This document shows positions 31,740 to 40,400 of a stretch of 64,000 nt of DNA, one piece after another. The notes under the pieces are model-generated. The model saw only the letters and a list, made by a program, of their open reading frames with translations, was not told the origin of the DNA and made no database searches. Source of the stretch: an uncultured Gammaproteobacteria bacterium (lineage in GTDB: Bacteria > Patescibacteriota > Microgenomatia > CAYXHB01 > CAZYTL01); contig CAZYTL010000003.1 of the NCBI GenBank assembly GCA_964650355.1, forward strand, positions 1,750 to 65,749, in the 5' to 3' direction. A program made the position numbers and the translations under genes. Each line of letters begins with the position of its first letter. The stretch's first letter is position 1.

Positions 31740-32816
31740 TTAACTCACCAACACATACCTCGCCGCTTTCGTCCTCCCTTTCTTCCTCACCAACTTCTTC
31801 CTCATCAGATCAGTCAAATCACGCAACAACGTATCCTCGCTCACTTTAGGTATCAATTCCTTGGCATCGCGCATATACAACTCCTCATGCTCCTTCATAT
31901 ACTCCACCAGCTTAATCTGTCTGTCTGACAACGCAATCTGCTTCCCCACCTTATTCTTCAACCTCTCATCCATCGACAATCTCCTCACCTTTTCCTTCAC
32001 CCTGGTTAACTCCACCGCCAGAGCTTGAGTAAAATACTCTAGCCAACTTGTTAAATCCCTTTCTTCCAGCTCTTCAGTTTGGTTCGACACCGCTTGCAAA
32101 GCACTATAATAAGCCGCTACATCCTGGTCAAAATATTCTTCCAAACTGAACAGCCTCCGGATATCATACCCCTCCGCCCACAACACCAGTGTCGCCATCG
32201 CCCGTGCCACCCGACCGTTACCCTCCACAAACGGATGAATCGCCACCAGAAAATAATGAGTAATTGCCGCCCTCAAAACCGGATGAACCTTCAGACTCTG
32301 CCTATCATTCAACCACAATAATAATCCTTCCACCAAATACGGCACCTCCACCGCCGGCGGCGCCTTGTAACTCGCCTCCCCGCTTTGCACACTCCGCACG
32401 ATCACCTGCGCTTCTCTGAACTTTCCTACCCCATGATCTACCACCCTCTCCACCGTCAACTGATGCATCCTCAATAACTGTTCTTCCGTGTACTCAAACG
32501 GCATCTCCTTGTCCTGTCGCAAAGCTTCCAACCGGTCAATATACTTCAGCACCTCCCGATAATTTAACACCTCCTGCACATCCCTCTCCCGCGCCACCAC
32601 CTCTTTGCCTTCTAGCACCTCTCTCGCCTGATCCAGACTTAGGGCATTCCCCTCAATCGCTGTCCCGTAATGCACCGTCTTCACCACTGCCTCCTCCACA
32701 AACTGCTTTTCCCACGCCGGCACAATCGGCGCATTCACAATCACCTCACGGCACGCCTCAATAATTCCGATATTACCCAAAATGTCATTGGTAATTTGAA
32801 ATTTAGGTAAATACAT
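31740..32816 (-). CDS. Fic family protein with C-terminal winged helix
   Basis: Canonical HPFVEGNGRVAR; N-terminal TAIEGN inhibitory-like motif. Confidence 0.93.
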   Translation of the reverse strand: MYLPKFQITNDILGNIGIIEACREVIVNAPIVPAWEKQFVEEAVVKTVHYGTAIEGNALSLDQAREVLEGKEVVARERDVQEVLNYREVLKYIDRLEALRQDKEMPFEYTEEQLLRMHQLTVERVVDHGVGKFREAQVIVRSVQSGEASYKAPPAVEVPYLVEGLLLWLNDRQSLKVHPVLRAAITHYFLVAIHPFVEGNGRVARAMATLVLWAEGYDIRRLFSLEEYFDQDVAAYYSALQAVSNQTEELEERDLTSWLEYFTQALAVELTRVKEKVRRLSMDERLKNKVGKQIALSDRQIKLVEYMKEHEELYMRDAKELIPKVSEDTLLRDLTDLMRKKLVRKKGRTKAARYVLVS

Positions 32817-32820
32817 CAAA

Positions 32821-33486
32821 CTAATATCGCAGCGAAGATAACCACAAAATCAAAAACCCCACCCCAGCAATTATCAATATTCCTACTGGTATCATAAGTA
32901 AAGCCTGCCACCAACTCAACCTGCGATCATATTTGGCTACCTTTTCACTAAAAGAATCCATAAACCATTGTGCTTCCCTTAAATTAGGCATAAAATCTAC
33001 TCCTCGACTCTTACAAAACCCTTCTACCACTTCTAATATTGAAGCACAATTCTTAACCAAAATCCCTCTTTCCATTAACTGGGTCCTCACAAATGACGAA
33101 CTCACAATTAAATATTTCGTATCATCACTTACCTCCCGATACAAAACTGAAGTAATTTGCGGCCAGTTTGGTGACCAAAATGAACTCTTTTCATTAAAAA
33201 ACGCTAAAGTAAAATTATTCTCCCCATGGCTATCTACCACTCCCGATCCCAATTTATCATATACCGGTTTAGGTATTAAAAATCTCTCCTCTCGGGGTCG
33301 CTCTTCTTCAGGTAACAACCTATGCCAACTTTTCAACAGCTCATATAAATCTCTACCCTGCACCTCGACCGGCAACTTAATAATTACAGATCGATAATTT
33401 GCATTTCTCTCCGCCCAATCCTCCATCCCCGTTAGTGCTCGGGCAGCAAATTCCTCCACTACAAAATTTAATAAAGGATTAGGCAT
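32821..33486 (-). CDS. Hypothetical protein with C-terminal TM
   Basis: 221-aa ORF abutting the fic gene. Confidence 0.6.
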   Translation of the reverse strand: MPNPLLNFVVEEFAARALTGMEDWAERNANYRSVIIKLPVEVQGRDLYELLKSWHRLLPEEERPREERFLIPKPVYDKLGSGVVDSHGENNFTLAFFNEKSSFWSPNWPQITSVLYREVSDDTKYLIVSSSFVRTQLMERGILVKNCASILEVVEGFCKSRGVDFMPNLREAQWFMDSFSEKVAKYDRRLSWWQALLMIPVGILIIAGVGFLILWLSSLRY

Positions 33487-33553
33487 ATCCCCTCCACTCT
33501 ATCATAAATTTCCGCACAATTCACGCACTCATTACGTTTAGCAATCAGCAATT

Positions 33554-33576
33554 TCGGCCTCTGGCCGAAATTTCCA
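33554..33576. terminator. Perfect hairpin downstream of the 33595-34761 gene
   Basis: aatttcggcc-tct-ggccgaaatt (10-bp stem). Confidence 0.5.
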
Positions 33577-33594
33577 CTCCAAAATCTTCACTCC

Positions 33595-34761
33595 TTATTT
33601 TTGATTTTTGCTATTTGATATTTCTAATAGGTATCCTCTTCCTCTTACTGTCCTCAAGTCATACCCGCTTCCCAGTAACTTCTTCCTCAAACGTGAAATC
33701 GCCTGATCCACGGCCTCTTCCGACACTCCTTCAGGATTGTCCCCTGGCCAACCCGCTTCCACCAACTCTTCCCTCTCGCATACTCCCCCTGCCCTATCCT
33801 TTAAACACTTCCACAACCGATACTCAATCTGTGTCAACCTGTTCTCAACCTTAGCCTCTCCGATCTGAGCCTCGCTCGTCTCCTTTCCCTCGCCCTCTGT
33901 CCACGTCTCAGCTCTATCTCTGACAAACCTCTCCACCGCCTCTGACCCAATCACACATTTTTGTTCTCCATTTGACAAAGCTGATAAACTCCTCAGATCA
34001 GCTTTGTCATCCTGAGCGCTCCTAAAACGATGTGACGTTTTAGGGCGTCGAAGGATCTCCTTTACTACTCCCCACCCCCACAACCCCTTATTCATCACCT
34101 CAACACCATCCCTGACGAACTCCACCAACTGCTTTCGTTGTTCTTCGTTCAACCCCCGCCAAATCATCTTCAACATTCCTCTTAGCCTGGCAGAACTTTC
34201 CACCTCCTCCCTGCCTTCCACCAACCATGACTTAACCAATCCCGGAATTCCTCCTGAAAACAAATAAATCTCTTCCCTTTCCTCCTTATTCACCTTCATT
34301 CCTAACCTCCTGGCCACGTTATCAATCACCGCATCTGTTTCTTCTCTCCTACATACCGGAAAATATAACTTTGATTCTGTCACCAACTCATAAAAATTTC
34401 CCATCCTCTCCGCTTCCCGGCTCAAATCACACCTCGTACTCGTCACCACCAAATAAGTCACATGATACTTCCGTTCATCCCTGATCGCCCGCAAATGATT
34501 AAACACCTTCGGTTCAGCCATCTTTAATAACGATTCAAAATGATCTATCACCACCGTCGTTGGTTTCTTCCTGTCAACCTCGCTCATTTCCAGTAATTTA
34601 AACGGCACCAGATTTGCATCCCGCTTCACCAACTTCCTCCCCTTGATCTCTAATTCTCTAATCATCCGGGTCATCCCCCACCCCGGCAAACCGCATAAAC
34701 GCACTGATAACCCGGCATCTAATTTCTCCACCACTGACTTCATTACTTGGCTTCTAGACAT
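33595..34761 (-). CDS. Degenerate STAND/AAA-like domain plus OmpR/PhoB winged-helix regulator
   Basis: GLPGWGMT (Walker A lacking Lys), VVIDHFE, SGGIP; C-terminal LTQIEYRL...AVDQAISRLRKKL...TVRGRGY. Confidence 0.8.
   Translation of the reverse strand: MSRSQVMKSVVEKLDAGLSVRLCGLPGWGMTRMIRELEIKGRKLVKRDANLVPFKLLEMSEVDRKKPTTVVIDHFESLLKMAEPKVFNHLRAIRDERKYHVTYLVVTSTRCDLSREAERMGNFYELVTESKLYFPVCRREETDAVIDNVARRLGMKVNKEEREEIYLFSGGIPGLVKSWLVEGREEVESSARLRGMLKMIWRGLNEEQRKQLVEFVRDGVEVMNKGLWGWGVVKEILRRPKTSHRFRSAQDDKADLRSLSALSNGEQKCVIGSEAVERFVRDRAETWTEGEGKETSEAQIGEAKVENRLTQIEYRLWKCLKDRAGGVCEREELVEAGWPGDNPEGVSEEAVDQAISRLRKKLLGSGYDLRTVRGRGYLLEISNSKNQK
33973..34058. repeat. 86-nt double-hairpin palindromic element, copy C (in frame within the wHTH regulator)
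   Basis: Perfect stems tgacaaagctgat/atcagctttgtca and cctaaaacg/cgttttagg. Confidence 0.9.
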
Positions 34762-34790
34762 CCCCTATATTATAAAACTTCCCCACAATT

Positions 34791-34808
34791 TTGTCAGCTT
34801 CTTGTCAG
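34791..34808 (+). promoter_or_regulatory. Pho-box-like direct repeat (11-bp period)
   Basis: TTGTCAG-cttc-TTGTCAG between the wHTH gene and the divergent secreted-protein gene. Confidence 0.55.
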
Positions 34809-34952
34809 GCAAACTTGACTCATAGGTTATACTATATATGCCAAGGATTCACCCCAACTACCCGGCCATTAGTGCGGCCGGGATGTCTGTGGTGACTTCT
34901 TTTTAAAAAGAGGAGAAACCGGAAATCAAATATCAAACCAAAGGAGGCCCAA

Positions 34953-35300
34953 ATGGCCAAGAGATTGACAGTCCTCGTCATCGTGGCCATCGTATCCTTG
35001 ATGGCCGCAGTCCCCGCATTTGCTCAAGGCCCCACTACTACGTGGAGGACCGCAGGCACCACACAACGGTGCGTCGGGTCGTGGTGTGTGACGCACCACG
35101 AATGGGAGAACATGGGAGGCCCGGGACCCAACCGATGGGTGGACACCACCGTCGACACCCCATACGGCAGCCGCAGCTTCAGCAGAGGGCTGCCCAACGA
35201 GCCATCCGCCCCTCCGGGGCAACTGGAGATTAACATCCAATACAATTTGCACAGCAGAGAGGGCAACCCCGGAATCACCATCCGGGGACCCCGGCAGTAA
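34953..35300 (+). CDS. Small secreted protein
   Basis: Signal peptide MAKRLTVLVIVAIVSLMAAVPAFA; strong SD AGGAGG at 34942-34947; CxxxxC. Confidence 0.8.
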   Translation: MAKRLTVLVIVAIVSLMAAVPAFAQGPTTTWRTAGTTQRCVGSWCVTHHEWENMGGPGPNRWVDTTVDTPYGSRSFSRGLPNEPSAPPGQLEINIQYNLHSREGNPGITIRGPRQ

Positions 35301-35438
35301 GAGGAGTCACCCGGTTTCTCCTCTCCTCTATCACCCGCCCATTTTAGTCCCCTCTTTTGTCATCCAATTGTTAACTTCCCGTCCAGCAAAGATCTACCTC
35401 TTCCCATTACACTAAAAGTAATTTTTCTTCTCGAGTCC

Positions 35439-35936
35439 ATGCCTCCCAACACTAATTCTCCACCAGCCTCAATCTCATCCCTTACCCAACTTCAACACCG
35501 ACTTCAAGACCTCAAATTTCAAAAACGGCCCCAACTCTTAACCCTCCTTGCTCAAAACCGACATCAAAGAAATATCAACCATATCACCGACCACGTCACC
35601 TTGGCCACCGAACTTGAACTCCTTGATTACCGCATCTCCCAGCTCGAAGCCCTCCTCTCTCGCGCGTCTCTTTCAGCCCTTTCCACCGAACTCCCCCACG
35701 CTAACCAAGTCGATCTCGGCTCCACCGTCATCCTCCAATCAATCTCTACCCAACACCAACGCACCGTCCACCTCGTTCCCGACTGGGAAATCAACCCCGC
35801 TCAAGGCAAAATCTCCTTATCTTCCCCTCTGGGACAATCTCTCCTAGGTAAACAAGTCAATCACCTTATCCAGGTGTCCACCCCCTCAGGCCAAATCCAA
35901 TATCAAATCATCCAAATTTCTCAGACATTTCCCTAA
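35439..35936 (+). CDS. GreA/GreB-family protein lacking the catalytic acidic tip
   Basis: L..LK..KRP, RISQLE, VDLGSTV, GKISLSSPLGQSLLG..V, V.TPSG. Confidence 0.8.
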   Translation: MPPNTNSPPASISSLTQLQHRLQDLKFQKRPQLLTLLAQNRHQRNINHITDHVTLATELELLDYRISQLEALLSRASLSALSTELPHANQVDLGSTVILQSISTQHQRTVHLVPDWEINPAQGKISLSSPLGQSLLGKQVNHLIQVSTPSGQIQYQIIQISQTFP

Positions 35937-36106
35937 ACCATGGACCTCATCCTAAAAACCATTCTCGATTTACTTCATAAAATAACCCAATTTATCGATC
36001 CTCAGCTCGGCTATCCCCCCACATCACAACTCAGCTACGGAGAACACTAACAGCCCAAATTAACTAATTACTGATACTCCTCAAGCACAAAAATCTCAGC
36101 TCTCTT

Positions 36107-37237
36107 CTACAACTTCACCACCTTTCCCTTCACTCCTTCTACCAAATGCTCGTCCGCCGTGGTCATCACCGTCTGCTGGTCATTCACCACCTGCATCACC
36201 ACCTTCCTATGCTCATGATCCAACTCCGAAAAAATATCATCCAAAAGTAACACGGGTTTCTCTCCTGTCACCTTCTCCATAAATGCCAACTGCCCCAACT
36301 TCAGCCACAATACCGCCATCCGCTGCTGGCCACGAGAACCGTAAGTGGCAAGGTCAATAGTTCCAAAGCTACGAGGTTTCGAAGTTTCGAAGTCATTATG
36401 GTCACTTTCACCTTGAAACTTAACTATCATGTCATCTCTGTGCGGTCCTACTAGCGTCACCCCAGCCGCTACCTCTTCTCTCCCATACTGTTTCAGCCTC
36501 TGCTCACTAATCACACTGCTGTCATATACTACTTTATATTGTCCGTGAATCTTGAATCTTGCCTGCCCGTCCTCCTGGCGGGAATCTTGAATCTTCTCCC
36601 TACTATTCAAAAACTCAATCAACTCTCTCCGGTATCTCGTTATCACCTGCCCCTCTTTAATCAATAATCGATCCCAAAAGTACAACTGCGACCGACCGGC
36701 AACCCCTTCCTTGATTGCCTGCAATACCTTATTCCTCCTCCGCACACCTTTCTCATAAGACAATAAAGCCCGATAATAATCCGGATAAATCTGACTCAAT
36801 ACCTCATCCAAAAAATTCCTCCTTCGACTCGGGCTCCCTTCAATCAACCTCATATCTCCAGGCCCAAACATTACCACCCGCAAATTCCCCGCAAACGTTC
36901 TTAACTGTCGCCGCACCCCATTCACCATCAATGACTTTCTCGGCACCTTCTTACCTTGCACCTCTCCCCGCGTCACTACCACCTCAAGCTCAGTACTCTT
37001 ATCCCCAAACTCCTCTTGAATCTCTCCCTTCACCCTTCCCACTTCCTTCCCCCACTTCACCATCTCCTCTATCCTCTCCGCTCTGAAACTCTTCCCTGTC
37101 GCCAACAAATAAATCGCCTCCATCAAATTTGTCTTCCCGCTCCCGTTAGCTCCCACCACCACCGTCATCCGCGGCAACTCCAACACAAAATCCTCATGAT
37201 TCCTAAAATCAGCTAACCACAGAGTCTTCAACTTCAC
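36107..37237 (-). CDS. recF: DNA replication/repair protein RecF
   Basis: FRNH, GANGSGKTN, GSPSRRRNFLD, GPHRDD, SRGQQR, LLLDDIFSELD. Confidence 0.95.
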   Translation of the reverse strand: MKLKTLWLADFRNHEDFVLELPRMTVVVGANGSGKTNLMEAIYLLATGKSFRAERIEEMVKWGKEVGRVKGEIQEEFGDKSTELEVVVTRGEVQGKKVPRKSLMVNGVRRQLRTFAGNLRVVMFGPGDMRLIEGSPSRRRNFLDEVLSQIYPDYYRALLSYEKGVRRRNKVLQAIKEGVAGRSQLYFWDRLLIKEGQVITRYRRELIEFLNSREKIQDSRQEDGQARFKIHGQYKVVYDSSVISEQRLKQYGREEVAAGVTLVGPHRDDMIVKFQGESDHNDFETSKPRSFGTIDLATYGSRGQQRMAVLWLKLGQLAFMEKVTGEKPVLLLDDIFSELDHEHRKVVMQVVNDQQTVMTTADEHLVEGVKGKVVKL

Positions 37238-37483
37238 AGTCCAATTTTACACTAAATCCAAATCATACGAATTCCAACTAGACCCTTCTCACCTTTTCTT
37301 CACCAACTCCCCCTTGCCTTCCCATATTTTTAAAATATAAACTTAAATTAAGCAAACGCCTTTCATATTCGGATCATTCGTATCGCATCAAGCCTGCTTA
37401 GTAGCGATCCTAATCCACGAATACATCCTAATGATCCTAATACAACTTTCAATTCCTAAGACAATAAACCAACCACCCCATCC

Positions 37484-40400
37484 ATGCCCTCAGAATTCTC
37501 GACCCTCACCGATCTTGCCCTCAGCCATGGTATTAAACATTCTGAACTCATTGATCAGATCCACGAAGCCATCCTGGTAGAATTTCTCAAAAAATACCCC
37601 GAACAAGCCAAAAACGCTTCCGTATTAGTCGACGCTCAAACCGGTAAAGCCACCATCTTATCTAATAAAAAAGACATCACCCCGCCTGAATTTGCTCCTC
37701 ATGCAGAAAGTATCGCCCGCCAAGTCATCCTCAGTCACCTGAAAAAAGCCGACACCTCTCCTCCTCCACCGCCAGCCGAAAAAATCGCTCCCCAGCCTCG
37801 CATCCTCTCTCAGCATCCCGACTCTCATCCCGGCAAGTCCGTCTCTTCCTGGCTCGCCCGACTTATTTTCTGGGGCTACAATGGTTTCTTCCTCTTTATG
37901 CTCTTCATCTTTATTTGGGGCCTCTTCACCAAAGACCTCCGCACCAGCTTTTTAGACCAACTCCAGCAAATCAGCCTTTACCAAAGTCTCCTCCTCCTCG
38001 TCCTCGTCGCTACCCCCGCAACCAGCATCTATCTGGCCCTCAAAAACCACCTTTCCCGTCAACCACACCAGCTCGCCCAGCTATTTTTCTTCCTCGAAGT
38101 TCCCCTCATCGGTCTCACCTTCATCTTTCTCTCCTTTGATCAAGCCATTCCCATCATCAAACTCTTTGCCCTGCTCGCCCTTCTCATCCCCATTTTATTC
38201 TTCGGCTACGTCAAACAAATCAAAGTCGACAATCTCCCCAAAACCTATCTTCTCACCGCCATCATCCAAATCTTACTTCTCATTGTTGGCTACTTCACCC
38301 TCCTTTATTCTTTCTTCTCCCCCATTTTCTTAGGCTACCTCGCCAAATCTATCTTTTCAGGCATCGTTTCCGACTTTACGGATTATATCTTTACCAACTT
38401 CGTTAGCATCTCCACCCTTTGGGAAATCCTCTATTTCCTCATCATCATTTCTCTCGCCATTTTTGGCCTCATTATTGTTACCCTCCTCATCTTCCTTCCC
38501 TACCTCCTCACTTATCTGTTTGCCAAAATGTTTCTCCAATACCGCACCCGGCTTCTGAAATATGTAGACGAACAACGCACCTCCGTCTTTATTGGCCTTA
38601 CCACCTTGGCCATGCTCATCCTTACCATCGGTCTTTCTTACCAAGCAGACATCAGTCCCTATCTCAGCCAGCTTGAACAACTCTCCACCGCCACCACCTT
38701 CGAGGACAAACTCCACATCGCCCAACAACTCCAGCCTCATCAGTCTGCAATTAAACAAACCCTCCAGGACATGAACAACTATGGCCGACGTTATCCTTTT
38801 CATAAAAACGACCGCTATCTGGCTAATGCTTACCAATCCGTTTTTCGTCTTGACCAAACCACCGCCAACCACCTCCAAAGCCTCTTTCACACCCTCGCCT
38901 ATCCCTTTGTCTACTGGGGACCTACCGATAGCTACCAACTCCGCCAAAATTTCACCTACCTCTTCGGCAATCCCGACGCCCCCACTCCCAGTCAACCTAA
39001 ACCCAATGTTGAGCTAGTATCCAGAGACGTCCAGGCCCAAACCGCTTATCAAGATCAACTCGCTACCATCACCGTTACCGAAGAATACACTAATAAAACC
39101 TACCAACAACAACAAGTCATCTACGAATTCTCTCTCCCCAACTCAGCCGTCATCACCGATCTCCGACTCGGTCCTAACCTGGAATTTCCCGGCGTCATCG
39201 CCCCCAAAGGCGCTGCCAGTGCCACCTATGAACGCGAACTTCAACGCCGCCGCGATCCTGCATTACTGGAACAAGTCGGCCCTCGTCAATACCGCCTCCG
39301 CGTCTTCCCCATCCCTGCCAAAAACGACCGCACCACCCTCCAGGGAAAAAACCAAAAAGTCCAGTTCACCTACATAGTTAACGCTACCTCACAGGGCTAC
39401 ACCTTACCCAACTACTCCAAGACTCAAAACATCAATCCCGATCCTGCCGACTACACCGTCAGCCTAAACCACCAATCCGTCAGTGCCTTCATCTCAGATG
39501 CCTACATCCGTGATCCCCAAACCAATGGTCCATCCACCGATCCTTGCCAGGTCACCCAAACCCAAACCACCAAAACCCTTCTCGAAAACATCTCCGTTTC
39601 CTTAGTCCCCCATTCTTCTCAATCCCAATTAACCAACAACTTTGACTGTCAAGAAGATGAAGCACTCAAATTCCCATCATTGCTCACCAATCAACGTATC
39701 GCCCTTCTCTACGATGTCTCCCGTGGTAACAAAAACGCTGAAGAGTACGAATTATTCTTTAAAGCTCTTGATGCTCACACCCAACTCCTCACCCAGAACA
39801 CTTTTGATCTCTATCTCTTCAACGATCAACTTAGTCAACCAATTAAGCTCACTAACTCCAATCTCACTACCACCACCAGTGGCCCTAACCTCGTCTACTT
39901 TGGTACTAGTGATCTCAACAAAGCCTTAAAAGAATTCTCAGGTGTTTACGATCTGGCTATTATCATCACCAATCAAACGACAGCTTTTGCCAACTTAAAT
40001 CTCCCCTCCCAGTTCAACTTCCCCATCTATCTCATCCACACCGACATTATTCCTCCCTACAACCAAACGTTTACTAACTACCTCATCCAACACCAGGGCT
40101 ATGTCGCCAATAATCTGTCTGATGCTCTCGACCACTTCGTCCTCACCCAAAACCTCCAACCTTCAAACACCCAAGTCTTGACCGTCTCCCCTTACTGGAG
40201 CCTCACCGTTCCCGCCAATTCTTTACCAGCCATCACTAAATTACCAGAATTTACCATCACCCAAACTCCCCTTCCCTCTCCCACACCTCGAATAAACAAT
40301 AACCTAGTCTGCGGTACCTACTTCCGTCGCAAAACCTCCAATACCATGGTCCAGGGAAACTGGACAGATGACCCCCAATACACCATTTCCAAACAAAAAT

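Noticed and set aside
35940-36050. 36-codon ORF after the greA-like gene
   Set aside because: Too short and has no recognisable motif, so it cannot be supported.
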